A stretch of 64,000 nt of DNA from Gammaproteobacteria bacterium (lineage in GTDB: Bacteria; Pseudomonadota; Gammaproteobacteria; JAADGQ01). Location of the stretch: contig WFXF01000041.1 in NCBI GenBank assembly GCA_015490755.1, positions 64,002 through 128,001 of the forward strand, given 5' to 3'. The position numbers and the translations under genes are program-made. The notes beneath the pieces were generated by a model, which saw only the letters and a list, made by a program, of their open reading frames with translations, was not told the DNA's origin and did not search any database. This document shows, piece after piece, positions 31,966 to 44,512 of the stretch; position 1 is the stretch's first letter; each line of letters starts with the position of its first letter.

Positions 31966-33268
31966 TTGCTGTTAAATCATGTTCATTGGATTCTGTGATC
32001 TCTACATTGACAAATGAGCCAGCGACAAGCGCAGTTTCGTTAGGCAGAAAAATAGTGCCATCGACTTCAGGGGCTTCTCGTTGGCTGCGACCCCATGCTC
32101 CCTCTTCTGTGATTCCATCAATCAGTATGCGCTCTTGTTGACCAATGCGCTGCTCTAAACGTGATGCGCTGATTTTAGCCTGAAGGGTCATGAGTTGTTC
32201 GAGGCGCTCTTCTTTGACCTCTTCGGCTATATGATTTTCGAGTGTGTTGGCTTGGGCACCTTCGACATTAGAATAGGCGAAACAGCCAACGCGATCCAGG
32301 TTGGCTTCTTCAATAAAACCAAGCAGTTGATTAAAATCATCGTCGGTTTCACCAGGAAATCCCACGATAAATGTACTGCGAATGGCAATGTCGGGGCATA
32401 TTTCACGCCAGCGTTTAATGCGTTCGAGTGTATTTTCACTATGAGCGGGTCGCTTCATTTTTTTGAGAATATTTGGACTTGCATGTTGAAAGGGTACGTC
32501 GAGATAAGGCAGTAACCTTCCTTCTGCCATTAGCGGGATGACATCATCGACATGAGGGTAAGGGTAGACGTAATGCAGTCGAACCCAGATACCGAGTTGG
32601 CATAATGCGGCGGCAAGGTCATAAAATCGTGTTTTGATGGGTTGCCCTTGCCAGAAATGAGTGCGGTATTTTGTATCAATTCCATAGGCGCTGGTGTCTT
32701 GCGATATAACCAGTAGCTCTTTGACACCTGCATGTGCAAGCTTTTCAGCTTCTTCCATCACATCGTTGGATGGGCGGCTGACAAGTTTGCCGCGTAGGTC
32801 AGGAATAATACAAAATGTACAACTGTGATTGCAGCCTTCGGAGATTTTTAAATACGCATAATGGCGGGGTGTGAGTTTTATGCCTTGTGACGGAATTGAG
32901 TGATTGTCTAGAGCATGCGGTGGGGGCAGATTCTCATGTACAATAGATAGAACCTCTTCCGATGCGTGTGGCCCTGTGACCGCGAGGACATTAGGGAAAT
33001 TTTTAATGACGGTATCCCCTTTGGCTCCAAGGCATCCTGTGACAATGACTTTACCGTTTTCAGCCAGTGCTTCACCGATGGCATCCAGCGACTCTTCTAC
33101 GGCAGCATCAATAAAGCCACAACTATTCACAATAACGATATCAGCACCTTCATAACTTGGGCTGATTTCGTAACCTTCCGCTTTGAGTGGTGTGATTATC
33201 TGTTCTGAATCAACGAGTGCTTTAGGGCAGCCAAGGCTGACAAAACCAATGCGTGAGGATTTTTTCAT
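31946..33268 (-). CDS. rimO: Ribosomal protein S12 methylthiotransferase RimO
   Basis: [12 protein letters not shown]; radical-[12 protein letters not shown]-terminal TRAM region (APEVDG). Confidence 0.97.
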   Translation of the reverse strand: MKKSSRIGFVSLGCPKALVDSEQIITPLKAEGYEISPSYEGADIVIVNSCGFIDAAVEESLDAIGEALAENGKVIVTGCLGAKGDTVIKNFPNVLAVTGPHASEEVLSIVHENLPPPHALDNHSIPSQGIKLTPRHYAYLKISEGCNHSCTFCIIPDLRGKLVSRPSNDVMEEAEKLAHAGVKELLVISQDTSAYGIDTKYRTHFWQGQPIKTRFYDLAAALCQLGIWVRLHYVYPYPHVDDVIPLMAEGRLLPYLDVPFQHASPNILKKMKRPAHSENTLERIKRWREICPDIAIRSTFIVGFPGETDDDFNQLLGFIEEANLDRVGCFAYSNVEGAQANTLENHIAEEVKEERLEQLMTLQAKISASRLEQRIGQQERILIDGITEEGAWGRSQREAPEVDGTIFLPNETALVAGSFVNVEITESNEHDLTATVIKLS

Positions 33269-33285
33269 ATAAGTTTGAGTTGTAG

Positions 33286-34749
33286 TTAAGAGTTTTTTGC
33301 GTGTTCAATAGCACGTTGGTAAAGTGCTAAATATTGCTTGGCACTTTTTTTCCAGCTGAAATCCTGTTTCATGCCTGTTTTCATTATTTGCTTCCAGAGC
33401 TTGGGTTGTTTGTATAGTGCGATGGCTCGTTTTAGTGTTGCTAACAGAGATTCAGGTGTTGCTTCATTAAAAACAAAACCAGTGGCAATTTTAGCTTTTT
33501 GGTTCTCTTCGCTGGCATCAATAACGCTATCTGCAAGCCCACCAGTATGGTGAACAATAGGCACAGTGCCGTAGCGCAAACTATAGAGTTGATTAAGGCC
33601 GCTCGGCTCAAAGCGTGAAGGCATTAAAAACATATCTGAGCCACTTTCTATGTGGTGTGCTAACGTTTCATGATATCCAATTTGTACGGATATATTTTGT
33701 GGGTACTGGGTGGCCGCAATTTTAAATTTTTCTTCAAAATGAGGTTCACCACTGCCAAGAACCACGATCTGGACTTCGGTCGAAATTAACCATTCAATGT
33801 TGTCTAGAAACAGGTCAAACCCTTTTTGTTCAACCATTCGTCCAATAATGCCAATCAGTGGTGTTTTCTCTGAAACTGGCAGCCCCATATATTCTTGTAG
33901 TGCCGATTTATTTAAACTTTTAAAACGGACTGTTTTAGAGGTATAGGATTTAACAATATAGGGGTCATTTTCAGGATCCCACAAAGTGTAGTCAACACCA
34001 TTTAAAATTCCCACCAAACGGTCACTTCGATACTCAAGTAACCCTTCAAGGCCATAACCGAATTGTGGTGTGCGAATCTCTTTAGCATAAGTCGGGCTGA
34101 CCGTGCTGAGCATATCCGCCGTCGCAAGTCCGCCTTTAATAAAAGAGAAATGACCGTGAAACTCCACACCATCCATTGACCAGAGCTCATGAGGAATTTG
34201 TAAGTCATAAAACTCTTTTTGAGAAAATAGTCCCTGATAGGCCATATTGTGAATGGTAAAAACAGTGGCTGGACGGTTTTCTTGAGAAGCTAGAAGAGCA
34301 GGGATGAGGCCGCATTGCCAGTCATTACAGTGTACGACATCAGGTTTCCAGCTTAATCCGAGCTGATCCATCGCAATCATGGATACAGCTTTGCAAAACA
34401 GACCAAAGCGTAGGGCATTATCATACCAGTCTGCACCATCTTGATCAGCGTAAGGTCCGCCAGGTCGATCAAAAAGTGGTGGGCAGTCAATAAGCCACAG
34501 GGTGACTGAGCTACCCGGAAGTTTGCCTTCCAGTAAACGTACATGAGCAGGTGCAGAGGGCACTTCAAACCTTGCAATCTCTTTTAAATCACCTGCTTCA
34601 CGAAGTGCAGGGCTATAAGCGGGTAAAATTAGGCAAACATTGTGCTTTGATGAGTTTAATGCGATCGGCAAACTGCCTGAAACATCGCCGAGTCCACCTG
34701 TTTTTATAAGAGGTAATGCTTCACTGGTAGCAAATAGAATCGTACTCAT
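33286..34749 (-). CDS. glgA: Glycogen synthase GlgA
   Basis: [18 protein letters not shown] and PSRFEP motifs. Confidence 0.96.
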   Translation of the reverse strand: MSTILFATSEALPLIKTGGLGDVSGSLPIALNSSKHNVCLILPAYSPALREAGDLKEIARFEVPSAPAHVRLLEGKLPGSSVTLWLIDCPPLFDRPGGPYADQDGADWYDNALRFGLFCKAVSMIAMDQLGLSWKPDVVHCNDWQCGLIPALLASQENRPATVFTIHNMAYQGLFSQKEFYDLQIPHELWSMDGVEFHGHFSFIKGGLATADMLSTVSPTYAKEIRTPQFGYGLEGLLEYRSDRLVGILNGVDYTLWDPENDPYIVKSYTSKTVRFKSLNKSALQEYMGLPVSEKTPLIGIIGRMVEQKGFDLFLDNIEWLISTEVQIVVLGSGEPHFEEKFKIAATQYPQNISVQIGYHETLAHHIESGSDMFLMPSRFEPSGLNQLYSLRYGTVPIVHHTGGLADSVIDASEENQKAKIATGFVFNEATPESLLATLKRAIALYKQPKLWKQIMKTGMKQDFSWKKSAKQYLALYQRAIEHAKNS

Positions 34750-34957
34750 GGTCTATTATTTTCCCTGCTATGGTCATATTTTTTGATAAGGGGTCGTTAT
34801 AGTAATGATTTAATTTTATTGACAAAACTTGGCTAATGTTTTTTTGTGCTATTAAATCTTTGTATCAGGGGGCATTAATCATAGCTAATAACTGATGCTC
34901 TATTATACGCTACGAGTTTGTCATCGTCACAGGAATATTTAAGGGAGTGAGATCATT

Positions 34958-35875
34958 ATGAAAATGGCTTTAATCGGATTAGGAAAGATGGGTGCCAACA
35001 TGGTACGTCGTTTGTGTCGTGGTGGTATTGAAGTGGTGGGGCATAATCGATCGCAGAAAATTGTTGAAGAGTTGGCTTCAGCAGAGGGAATGATTGCGGC
35101 AAAATCATTGAAAGATGCAGTTGCACAACTGCCTTCTCCAAAAATTGTCTGGTTAATGTTGCCCGATGGCGAGCCAACAGAGTCACATGTTAAACAGTTG
35201 ATTGATCTGCTTGATAAGGGTGATGTTGTGATTGATGGAGGAAACTCTAATTATCATGATAGCTTGCGTCGTGGTGTGATGCTGGCTGAGCACGGCATCG
35301 GTTTTATGGATGCGGGCACTTCAGGTGGTGTTTGGGGAGTGGATAATGGTTACTGTTTAATGGTCGGTGCTGAAAAGTCAGTGGCAGCCATTGTTGAACC
35401 CGCGTTAAAAGTTTTGGCACCTGCGGATGATCGTGGTTGGGCGCACGTCGGGCCGATTGGTTCTGGCCATTTTACCAAGATGATCCATAACGGTATTGAG
35501 TACGGCATGATGCAGGCCTTTGCTGAAGGTTTTGCACTGTTACGTGGCAAAAAGGAGTTTGATCTGGACTTGGCGCAAATTTCGGAGTTATGGCGACATA
35601 GCTCTGTTGTGCGCAGTTGGTTGCTGGATCTAACTGCTGACGCACTTAAATCAGATCAAAAACTGGAATCGGTGGCCCCTTTTGTACCTGATTCTGGTGA
35701 AGGGCGCTGGACTGTTATTGAATCAATTGACCAAGGTGAAGCGGCTCCAGTGATTTCATTAGCATTACAAATGCGTTTTGCCAGTCAGGATGGTGAAGGT
35801 TACGCCAACCGGATGCTTTCGGTTATGCGAAATGCTTTTGGTGGTCATGCGATCAAGGGTGCTGGAGGAAAATAG
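34958..35875 (+). CDS. gnd: 6-phosphogluconate dehydrogenase, short-chain type
   Basis: [26 protein letters not shown] and RNAFGGH motifs; 305 aa. Confidence 0.94.
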   Translation: MKMALIGLGKMGANMVRRLCRGGIEVVGHNRSQKIVEELASAEGMIAAKSLKDAVAQLPSPKIVWLMLPDGEPTESHVKQLIDLLDKGDVVIDGGNSNYHDSLRRGVMLAEHGIGFMDAGTSGGVWGVDNGYCLMVGAEKSVAAIVEPALKVLAPADDRGWAHVGPIGSGHFTKMIHNGIEYGMMQAFAEGFALLRGKKEFDLDLAQISELWRHSSVVRSWLLDLTADALKSDQKLESVAPFVPDSGEGRWTVIESIDQGEAAPVISLALQMRFASQDGEGYANRMLSVMRNAFGGHAIKGAGGK

Positions 35876-35877
35876 AC

Positions 35878-37380
35878 ATGGAACCATGCACATTAGTCAT
35901 CTTTGGTGCAACAGGTAATTTATCACGCCTGAAATTAATTCCTAGCCTTTTTGAGTTGGATTGTGCAGGATATTTGCCTGATAATATGGTGATTCTTGCT
36001 TTTGCACGACGGCCTTGGGAGCGCGACCAATGGCTGGATGAAGTCAATGGTATGTTGAAGGAAAAATTTCCAGATGGAGTTGATCAGGAGGTTTTGGTTA
36101 GGTTTTGTGATCGTATGGAGTATTTTCAAGGTAATTTAGATGATGAGGGATCATTTAAAAAATTACGAAAAACAATCGATAGTGATAGCAAGTTTTCGAA
36201 TAATATTGCTTTTTACATGTCAGTTCGCCCTGCAGAGTTTGGATCTACGACAGCTAAGCTGGGTGATGCAGGGTTACTTGAGGAGGAGCGGGGTTGGAGG
36301 CGGGTCATTTTTGAAAAGCCTTTTGGTTATGACTTGCTAAGTGCTCAAATTTTACAGAAAAAGTTAAGTCATTATCTGGGTGAGCATCAAATTTATCGTA
36401 TTGATCACTATTTAGGTAAAGGGACGGTACAAAACGTTTTGGTGTTTCGTTTTGCCAACTTACTTATGGAGCCACTTTGGAACCGTCAGTATATTGACCA
36501 TGTTCAGATCACACACTCTGAAACGTCTGGTATTGGCAGTCGTGCTGATTATTATGAAGGTTCAGGTGCGCTGCGTGACATGATTCAGAGTCATCTGTTG
36601 CAATTGATGACCATGGTTGCAATGGAGCCACCAGCACTAATGGATGATGAATCGTTGCGTGACGAAAAGGTTAAAGTCCTTAAAAGTATTCGTCCAATTA
36701 CACAAAATGCAGTACATGCCCATGCTTTTCGTGGGCAATATAGTGCGGGTAACATTAATGGTAATTCTGTGCCAGGCTACCTTGAAGAAAAAAATGTTAT
36801 CTCCAGCAGTACAACAGAAACCTACGCTGCACTTAAACTTTATGTGGACAATTGGCGTTGGAGAGGTGTACCTTTCTATCTGCGTACGGGTAAGCGAATG
36901 GCAGAAGGAGCATCAGCTATATGCATCCGCTTTAAAGAGCCACCTACCACCTTGTTTAAAGGCAACCATTTAAATCGTGTTTCACCAAACTGGATTTTAT
37001 TGGGTATACAACCTAATGAATGTCTGAAAATGGAGATGCAGGTTAAGATGCCTGGGCTTGAAGTAGAGACACGAACGATTAGTCTGGATGCAAGTTACCG
37101 TAAAGGGCAAGAGCGTGGTACGGATGCGTATGAGGGGTTGTTGCTTGATGTGATGAACGGAGATCAGTCACTGTTTCTTCGCTATGATGAAATAGAGTGG
37201 GCGTGGCGAGTGGTTGACCCTGTTCTAAAAGTATGGTCCATGGAAAGGGATTTTATTAATACCTACCCCGCAGGTTCCTGGGGTCCAAAAGGGACGTATC
37301 GCCTGTTTGATCGTGACGATCAATTTTGGCGTCATTCACTGGATGTTTCAGCAACTGATGTCAGTTCAGAGGGATTTTAA
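35878..37380 (+). CDS. zwf: Glucose-6-phosphate 1-dehydrogenase
   Basis: [20 protein letters not shown] and PFYLRTGK motifs. Confidence 0.97.
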   Translation: MEPCTLVIFGATGNLSRLKLIPSLFELDCAGYLPDNMVILAFARRPWERDQWLDEVNGMLKEKFPDGVDQEVLVRFCDRMEYFQGNLDDEGSFKKLRKTIDSDSKFSNNIAFYMSVRPAEFGSTTAKLGDAGLLEEERGWRRVIFEKPFGYDLLSAQILQKKLSHYLGEHQIYRIDHYLGKGTVQNVLVFRFANLLMEPLWNRQYIDHVQITHSETSGIGSRADYYEGSGALRDMIQSHLLQLMTMVAMEPPALMDDESLRDEKVKVLKSIRPITQNAVHAHAFRGQYSAGNINGNSVPGYLEEKNVISSSTTETYAALKLYVDNWRWRGVPFYLRTGKRMAEGASAICIRFKEPPTTLFKGNHLNRVSPNWILLGIQPNECLKMEMQVKMPGLEVETRTISLDASYRKGQERGTDAYEGLLLDVMNGDQSLFLRYDEIEWAWRVVDPVLKVWSMERDFINTYPAGSWGPKGTYRLFDRDDQFWRHSLDVSATDVSSEGF

Positions 37381-37493
37381 ATATGTATGACAAGCATGGA
37401 AGTGATACGCATATTGATTCAGGTTTTAGTGAATATATTAGTAGTTTTTCTGCACAGGAAGAGGCAGATTTGAGGAGTAAAGAAGGTCATACA

Positions 37494-39140
37494 ATGAGTC
37501 TATTAACAGCTTCTAAACCTTGGAATGCTTTGAAGGCCCATCAACAAGTGATCGCATCTCTGCATATGCGTCAACTCTTTGATACGGATTCTGAGCGTTT
37601 TGATAAATTTTCATTACGGTTCAATGATATTTTGGTGGATTATTCAAAAAACCGTATGACGGAGGAAACACTCTCTTTATTGTTTGATTTAGCTCGGCAA
37701 GCAGAATTAAGTGTTTCAATAAAGCGAATGTTTTCTGGAGAAAAAATTAACTTTACAGAAAACCGTGCGGTGCTTCATACGGCATTGAGAAATCGTTCTA
37801 ACCGCCCTGTTTTAGTCGATGGCAAAGATGTTATGCCTGATGTGAATGCTGTGTTGCGGCACATGAGGGAGTTCACAGAATCGGTTCGTAACGGTGGTTG
37901 GGTGGGTTGCACAGGTAAACCGATTACTGATGTTGTAAATATTGGAATAGGGGGCTCTGATTTAGGGCCTGTTATGGTCACGGAAGCGTTAAAACCTTAT
38001 GCTCAAACAGGTTTGAATGTTCATTTTGTTTCCAATATTGACGGAACTCATCTGGCTGAAGCTACCAAAAATTTGAATTATGATACAACACTGTTTGTTG
38101 TTGTCTCCAAAACTTTTACGACCCAGGAAACAATTACAAACGCAAATTCTGCACGTGACTGGTTTTTTCAGCAAGGGGGACATCCTGCATCTGTTGCCCA
38201 GCATTTTGTGGCGGTTTCCACGAATGCTCAAAAGGTGTCTGGTTTTGGAATTGACCCTAAAAACATGTTCGGATTTTGGGATTGGGTTGGTGGGCGTTAT
38301 TCGCTTTGGGGTGCAGTTGGTCTTTCGATTGCGCTTTATATTGGTATGGATCATTTTGAAGAGATGCTTACGGGTGCGCATGAGATGGATGAACACTTCC
38401 GTAGTACGCCGCTTGAGAAAAATATCCCTGTCATACTCGGAATGCTGGGTATTTGGTATAACAACTTTTTTGATGCTCAAAGCCATGCTTTGATGCCATA
38501 TGATCAATATTTGAGTCGGTTTCCTGCTTACTTTCAGCAGGGTGATATGGAGAGTAACGGTAAGCGAGTGGATCGTCAGGGGCATGTTGTTGATTACTCT
38601 ACCGGCCCTATTATTTGGGGTGAGCCTGGTACTAATGGACAACATGCTTTTTATCAGCTGATCCATCAAGGCTGCAAATTGATTCCTGCTGATTTTTTGA
38701 TTGGAGTTGAATCGCACAATCCAATGGGTGAGCACCATTCAATACTGCTTTCAAACTTTTTTGCACAGACAAAAGCACTGATGCGAGGCAAAACAGAAGA
38801 TGAAGCTCGAAGTGAGTTGGAAGCGCAAGGTATGACAGGTGAAGCGCTTGAAAAATTACTGCCACATAAAGTGTTTGAAGGTAATAAGCCAACAAATTCA
38901 ATTATGTTTCAAAAGCTGACACCAAAAACACTCGGGTCACTTCTTGCAATGTATGAACATAAAATATTTGTTCAGGGGGTTATCTGGAATATTAACTCTT
39001 TTGATCAGTGGGGCGTTGAATTAGGCAAGCAGCTAGCATCCGAAATTTTGCCTAAACTCTCTTCCAAAGAAAAAGAGAGTGGTAGTGATTCGTCAACAAA
39101 TGGATTGATTAATCATTATAAAAACCATAGGGCTGAATAG
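37494..39140 (+). CDS. pgi: Glucose-6-phosphate isomerase
   Basis: [16 protein letters not shown] and [10 protein letters not shown] motifs; start placed at ATG 37494 after GAAGG. Confidence 0.97.
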   Translation: MSLLTASKPWNALKAHQQVIASLHMRQLFDTDSERFDKFSLRFNDILVDYSKNRMTEETLSLLFDLARQAELSVSIKRMFSGEKINFTENRAVLHTALRNRSNRPVLVDGKDVMPDVNAVLRHMREFTESVRNGGWVGCTGKPITDVVNIGIGGSDLGPVMVTEALKPYAQTGLNVHFVSNIDGTHLAEATKNLNYDTTLFVVVSKTFTTQETITNANSARDWFFQQGGHPASVAQHFVAVSTNAQKVSGFGIDPKNMFGFWDWVGGRYSLWGAVGLSIALYIGMDHFEEMLTGAHEMDEHFRSTPLEKNIPVILGMLGIWYNNFFDAQSHALMPYDQYLSRFPAYFQQGDMESNGKRVDRQGHVVDYSTGPIIWGEPGTNGQHAFYQLIHQGCKLIPADFLIGVESHNPMGEHHSILLSNFFAQTKALMRGKTEDEARSELEAQGMTGEALEKLLPHKVFEGNKPTNSIMFQKLTPKTLGSLLAMYEHKIFVQGVIWNINSFDQWGVELGKQLASEILPKLSSKEKESGSDSSTNGLINHYKNHRAE

Positions 39141-39233
39141 TAAAAACTATAGAATGGAGGTGTACGGCAACGTTGTGCCTTGATGCGAAATGCCACAGGG
39201 TCGCTGGCCCGTCAATATAAACTGGTTGATGTA

Positions 39234-40451
39234 TTAGTTTTCTAATATCTCAAAATATTTTTGCTCAACCTGGTCGGCAATTGTACGGTATGTCCGGTTT
39301 TTAATAATATATTCACGCCCCATTCTCCCCATATTCTTGGCAATATCAGGGTTGTCTAATAGATAAATGATTGCATTTGCAAACGCCTGTTCTTCATAAG
39401 GAACACAAATCCCGCCCTGGCTCTCTTTAAGTACGAGTCGTTGTTCCGGGTGGTCATTGGCTATCACAGGCTTCTGTAATGCCATGTATTCAATCAGCTT
39501 TGTCGGTGAAGTTGAGTTTAGAACGGGGGTAGGATAAAATGGTGACAGGCAAACTGCGGATTGCTCGACGTATTCAAGAGCCTTGTCTCGTGCTAAAAGG
39601 CCAGTAAAGCTGACTGCGTGGTCAATCCCTAATTTCTTGGACTCTTCAATAAGAAACTCTTTGTCTTTAGGGTCTTCACTATCACCAACAAAGATTAATT
39701 CGCAATAATCTTTTTTCTGGAGAGCCAGTTTAAAGGCTCTTAAAACAAAGTCCATTTTTCTTGATCTGTTGAGTGTTCCAAGATAAATAACTTGATTAGG
39801 GTTGACTGTTTTATTGTGACTGTTTTTTTGATCTACAATATTTTCTTCAGGAACTCCCATAGGAATAGGGGTCATTTTTCTCAGTGGAACACCATGTTTT
39901 GTAATATCCATTTTCATCTGTTCACTTTGAACAAATATATGATCTGCGGATCGACATATTATTTTGTAAAGTAAAACTTTTAGGACATTTCCACGGATGA
40001 AATATAAAAGTGGGTAACGCGCTGATTTATCGTAAAACCTATATAAAGAGTCTTCTGGAAAGGGAAAAGATAGCCAGTAAACGAATTTTTTCCCGGTAAT
40101 TTTTTTTGTAATAATTGCGACTAATGCAGATATGAATTTATCTTTGACTTGTATTATGTCGTATGTATTGTGTTTTGATAGTTTATATAGCTTGAAATCG
40201 TTTTTGATGGAATAGAGGTGCTTTTTTAGCCTTGATATAAGAGAGGTGCCATTATCTGTTTTTCCTACCCAAACAGTACTATTTAGCCAGGTTGTTTTAT
40301 AGTTATGGTTACAGTCTGTTGCAGATTGCAATATCCATTCAATGCTATGGTTGCGTGATACAAGCTCTTTAGCGAATAAATCAACAACATCAACTCTAAA
40401 AGGGGGGAATTTGTCAGAAGATATAAATAGAATTTTTAATTTTTTTTTCAT
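39234..40451 (-). CDS. GT4-family glycosyltransferase
   Basis: GT-B motifs YLGTL...R, SPTKLIEYMA and MGRMGREY. Confidence 0.9.
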   Translation of the reverse strand: MKKKLKILFISSDKFPPFRVDVVDLFAKELVSRNHSIEWILQSATDCNHNYKTTWLNSTVWVGKTDNGTSLISRLKKHLYSIKNDFKLYKLSKHNTYDIIQVKDKFISALVAIITKKITGKKFVYWLSFPFPEDSLYRFYDKSARYPLLYFIRGNVLKVLLYKIICRSADHIFVQSEQMKMDITKHGVPLRKMTPIPMGVPEENIVDQKNSHNKTVNPNQVIYLGTLNRSRKMDFVLRAFKLALQKKDYCELIFVGDSEDPKDKEFLIEESKKLGIDHAVSFTGLLARDKALEYVEQSAVCLSPFYPTPVLNSTSPTKLIEYMALQKPVIANDHPEQRLVLKESQGGICVPYEEQAFANAIIYLLDNPDIAKNMGRMGREYIIKNRTYRTIADQVEQKYFEILEN

Positions 40452-40502
40452 ACTGATTATGGGGTTATTTATACCTTTTATAGAATGCTTAGAGCTAAAG
40501 AT

Positions 40503-41795
40503 TTATTTTATGTTTTTAATCCGTCGGTAGTTTTGCGAAGCTATATAGCCCGATAGAAATAAAAAACAGACGCTTGGTTGTTGTATTGCAATGCTATTTT
40601 TATAAAATAGCGTGATGACAATGATAGGGAATACTGCTGCTGATGCTAATGCAATATTATTTTCAACGCGATTACCATATCTAAGTGCAAGGCAATCTCT
40701 AAATATCATAAACATAATGAGCATAAATATTAGAAAGCCAACTATGCCAATTTCCCATATGAGTTGGGATGCGGTAGACATTCTTCCTCCATGCTTTATA
40801 TATTTATACGAATATTTTCCAGCCGTAAGTTTTGATGTTGGCTTGGATATTGCGTTTCCAATGCCGACACCAAAAAGATACTTTATAGGTTGATTTGAAA
40901 ATACCTGAAATGGAAGAGTGATACTGTCCACTCGCCCTATAGTGTTTTTTTCTGTGCCATCACTTTTTGTTGTCGCGCCTTTGTGTAAATAGCCTTCAAT
41001 GCGATCTTCACTGAATAGCATGTTTACAATGTTTCCATCCCACCTTTTGCCGTAATGAATATTGTATACGGCTACAAAAATAACTATAAAAAGAAAACCA
41101 AATATAAAAACCGGGAAAATTTCTTTAAGTTTTTTCCTTCTATCTTCAATAAAAAATATAGGGGCGATCAGAGCTATAGGTAAAAAGAAGAGTACCGACT
41201 TTGTTTCATTTAGTGCTGCAGGAAGAACGAGGAGAGGGATTGAAATAAGTAATAGTTTTAAACTTATTTCCTTTCTTAAATAAAAAGTGATAAGAAACGG
41301 TATGGCTGCAATTGCAATTATAGCAACTAATGCTGGATCTTTAAATGTTCCTGTAACCACATCCCCTGTCAATAAATGGCTGAACTCTATAAACCTCTGG
41401 TAGAAGATTAATGGTAATTGAATAAGAATAAGGAAAAAGATTAGCTTTATGATTTTTTTTATCTGTTCATTGGAGAAGTGATATACAGCTGGAAGAAAGA
41501 AAAAAGGTATATACCTGAAATATGCTCTGATACCATAAAAGATTGAGCCTGGTTGTACCTGATTTATGATGAGCCCTGCAATGATAAGCAGTAATAGAAA
41601 AATAATAACCAGTATATATTTAAAATGTAAAGTAATTTTTTTTCTTGAAAGAGCTATGGCTATGATAACTATCACCGTAATACCTGATAGCAACTCAAGC
41701 GGTATTGTTGCGACTCCACTTGGTGCGCCCAGCTTCACCAGGCTGTATTCACCAATAAAGGCAACTATCAATATGGTATATACAAATTTAAGCAT
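40503..41795 (-). CDS. Wzy/WaaL-like polysaccharide polymerase or ligase
   Basis: About 11-12 hydrophobic segments; large loop with R...LFGVGIG; EIGIVG; adjacent glycosyltransferase. Confidence 0.7.
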   Translation of the reverse strand: MLKFVYTILIVAFIGEYSLVKLGAPSGVATIPLELLSGITVIVIIAIALSRKKITLHFKYILVIIFLLLLIIAGLIINQVQPGSIFYGIRAYFRYIPFFFLPAVYHFSNEQIKKIIKLIFFLILIQLPLIFYQRFIEFSHLLTGDVVTGTFKDPALVAIIAIAAIPFLITFYLRKEISLKLLLISIPLLVLPAALNETKSVLFFLPIALIAPIFFIEDRRKKLKEIFPVFIFGFLFIVIFVAVYNIHYGKRWDGNIVNMLFSEDRIEGYLHKGATTKSDGTEKNTIGRVDSITLPFQVFSNQPIKYLFGVGIGNAISKPTSKLTAGKYSYKYIKHGGRMSTASQLIWEIGIVGFLIFMLIMFMIFRDCLALRYGNRVENNIALASAAVFPIIVITLFYKNSIAIQQPSVCFLFLSGYIASQNYRRIKNIK

Positions 41796-41968
41796 AAATC
41801 GTTGTGTGTCGTTTAAATTATATAAATCTTAATAAAGTGCAATATTTTTATTTAAGTATATGATCGACCGCTTGATGAACTTAAATAAGCTTTTATTGTT
41901 GAACTTTAAGGGCTATTTTAAAAATATATACTGAGATGGGATAGGGGTTAGTTTTTGTTTATTAATTG

Positions 41969-42055
41969 TGGTGCCGAGAAGAGGACTTGAACCTCCACGG
42001 GGTTACCCCCACTAGCACCTGAAGCTAGCGCGTCTACCAATTCCGCCACCTCGGC
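41969..42055 (-). tRNA. tRNA-Leu(CAG)
   Basis: GCCGAGGTGGCGGAATTGGTAGACGCG...TTCAGGT...GTTCAAGTC...CCA; 87 nt with long variable arm. Confidence 0.97.
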
Positions 42056-42085
42056 ATGAGGTGTTTAACAATTACTGAATCGCGG

Positions 42086-42115
42086 ACTCTACCAAACTAT
42101 AGAATAGACTGGCAA
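42086..42115 (-). promoter_or_regulatory. Putative sigma-70 promoter of tRNA-Leu
   Basis: TTGCCA-N18-TAGAGT followed by GC-rich CCGCG. Confidence 0.55.
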
Positions 42116-42280
42116 GGAATTTTTTAATTAGCTTTGATATTTATTAAAATAATTGCCAATGCAGCATTTAATTATAGGTTGATATGCTTTATGGATTTAA
42201 ATGTGGTGTATAGCCGCTCTGTGTTTGTTAGTATTGAATTTAAATCAGAGTAATGATCCAGATTAATAGAAAAGGTTAAC

Positions 42281-44512
42281 GTGAATAAACAGGTTAAATT
42301 ATCGAGCGACCCTCATGCAACGCGGGAAGCCAGTAACTATGAGAACCCTATTGCAAGCAGGGAATTTATTATGGCGCTTTTTAGTGACGAAAGTCACTTG
42401 CTTTCATATAAGCAGATTGCTGCAATTTTAGAGTATGATGATGAGGAGCAGCTTGAAGCGTTGCGTCGTCGCCTGATTGCTATGGAACGAGACGGACAGC
42501 TGATATGTAATCGCCGTGGTAAGTATGGTTTGCTGAGTAAAATGGCTCTGCTTAAGGGGCGTGTGATTGGTCATCCGGAAGGTTTTGGCTTTTTAGTGCC
42601 TGAAGAGGGTGGAGAAGACCTTTTTCTGTCTGGACGGCAAATGCAATCATTATTGCATGGTGACACGGTTGTGGTGCGGGTCGTTGGCATTGACCGTCGT
42701 GGGCGGCGGGAAGGTGCTGTTGTTGAAGTTTTAGAACGTGCTATCAGGCAGGTAGTGGGGCGTTTTCATGAAGATGATGGTGTCACTTATGTTGTTCCTG
42801 ACGATAAACGCTTAAGTCAAGAGTTTATCATTCCTGCCAGCCATCAAGGTGAAGCTCAAGATGGTGATATTGTTGTTGCAGAGGTTGTTGCTTATCCAAC
42901 ACGTTATGCTCGGACGGTAGCGACTGTTACAGAAGTGATTGGCAAGCACATGGCGCCGGGTATGGAAATTGAAATTGCAGTGCGCAATTATGATTTGCCC
43001 GACTCATTTCCAGAGGCGATCGAAGAAGAGTTGTCAGGGCTTGCAAAAGAAGTTCCCGAAAGTGCCTGGTCAGGGCGAAAAGATATTCGTGACTTGCCTT
43101 TGGTCACAATTGATGGTGAAGATGCGCGTGATTTTGATGATGCAGTCTATTGTGAAAAAACTCCACAGGGTTGGCGATTATTGGTTGCGATTGCCGATGT
43201 TTCTTCTTATGTGAAAGCGGGCAGTGCATTAGATAACGAAGCGATGAAGCGAGGAAACTCTGTCTATTTTCCTGGCAATGTGATTCCGATGCTGCCTGAA
43301 ACGCTATCAAACGGATTGTGTTCGATTAATCCGGATGTGAATCGCTTGTGCATGGTCTGTGAGTTAGAAATTAATGATAAAGCAGAGGTTTTGAACGCTC
43401 GGTTTTATGATGCGGTGATGCGTTCTCATGCACGTCTGACCTACACTGAAGTCGCTGCAATGGTTGTGGATAATGATGAGATATTATGTGATGAATATAA
43501 AGGTTTGTTACCTGCGTTAAAAGAGCTTCATGTTTTATACAAGGTACTGCTGACAGGTCGGGAAAAGCGTGGTGCAATTGATTTTGAAACCACAGAGACA
43601 CAAATTATTTTTGGTAAAGACCGAAAAATAGAGCGCATTACACCCATGGTGCGTAATGATGCGCATAAAATGATTGAAGAGTTCATGATTCTTGCAAATG
43701 TCGCTGCGGCTCGCTTTCTTGGTGACAATAATATTCCGACTCCTTACCGAATTCATAAAGGCCCGACGGCAGAAAAATTACAAAGTCTTCAAGGGTTTCT
43801 TGGTGAGTTGGGGTTAAAACTGGGAGGGGGGGATTCACCCACAGCAGCTGATTATGGCGAGCTATTGAGAAAAGCGAAAGAGCGTCCTGATGCGCATCTG
43901 GTGCAAACAGTCTTGCTTAGGAGTATGAGTCAAGCGCTTTATACTCCCGATAATATTGGACATTTTGGTCTGGGATTTGATGATTATGCTCATTTTACGT
44001 CGCCCATAAGGCGTTACCCTGATTTGCTGGTGCATAGAGCAATTCGCCATGTTCTTGCTGGAAAAACGGCAGAAACATTTAGATACAGCCATAATGATAT
44101 GGTTTCATTGGGTGAGCACTGTTCATCGACAGAGCGCCGTGCGGATGAAGCGACACGTGATGTGGAAAGTTGGCTTAAATGTGAATATATGGAAGATAAA
44201 ATTGGTGAAGTTTTTGATGCAATAATTACTTCAGTGACCGGTTTTGGTTTTTTTGCTGAATTGAATGAAATTTATGTAGATGGCCTGGTTCATATTACAT
44301 CTTTGGGGGATGAATATTACAACTTTGATCCCGCTAAACAGCGTTTGACTGGTGAGCACTCAAATAAAACATATCGCCTGGGTGATAAAGTGCGAGTGCG
44401 TGTTGTTAAGGTTAATTTAGATGAGCGTAAAATTGACTTTGAACTGGAAGGAGTTGAATCGAAAGCAAAGCCTAAACCCAAGTCTAAACGTCGTCGAGTA
44501 AAGCGTAAATGA
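42281..44512 (+). CDS. rnr: Ribonuclease R
   Basis: GFGF, TIDGEDARDFDDA and HFTSPIRRYPD motifs; S1 domain; basic tail. Confidence 0.97.
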   Translation: MNKQVKLSSDPHATREASNYENPIASREFIMALFSDESHLLSYKQIAAILEYDDEEQLEALRRRLIAMERDGQLICNRRGKYGLLSKMALLKGRVIGHPEGFGFLVPEEGGEDLFLSGRQMQSLLHGDTVVVRVVGIDRRGRREGAVVEVLERAIRQVVGRFHEDDGVTYVVPDDKRLSQEFIIPASHQGEAQDGDIVVAEVVAYPTRYARTVATVTEVIGKHMAPGMEIEIAVRNYDLPDSFPEAIEEELSGLAKEVPESAWSGRKDIRDLPLVTIDGEDARDFDDAVYCEKTPQGWRLLVAIADVSSYVKAGSALDNEAMKRGNSVYFPGNVIPMLPETLSNGLCSINPDVNRLCMVCELEINDKAEVLNARFYDAVMRSHARLTYTEVAAMVVDNDEILCDEYKGLLPALKELHVLYKVLLTGREKRGAIDFETTETQIIFGKDRKIERITPMVRNDAHKMIEEFMILANVAAARFLGDNNIPTPYRIHKGPTAEKLQSLQGFLGELGLKLGGGDSPTAADYGELLRKAKERPDAHLVQTVLLRSMSQALYTPDNIGHFGLGFDDYAHFTSPIRRYPDLLVHRAIRHVLAGKTAETFRYSHNDMVSLGEHCSSTERRADEATRDVESWLKCEYMEDKIGEVFDAIITSVTGFGFFAELNEIYVDGLVHITSLGDEYYNFDPAKQRLTGEHSNKTYRLGDKVRVRVVKVNLDERKIDFELEGVESKAKPKPKSKRRRVKRK

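Noticed and set aside
33598..33612. GlgA motif EPSGL instead of EPCGL
   Set aside because: The catalytic Glu is retained and the change is conservative; no basis for a functional claim
37383..37493. 37-aa N-terminal extension of Pgi
   Set aside because: Pgi-like sequence begins at Met 37494, which has a ribosome-binding site; the extension is probably an ORF-calling artefact, though not excluded
39141..39233. Possible att duplicate of the tRNA-Leu 3' end
   Set aside because: Only a short GTGCC match; not significant
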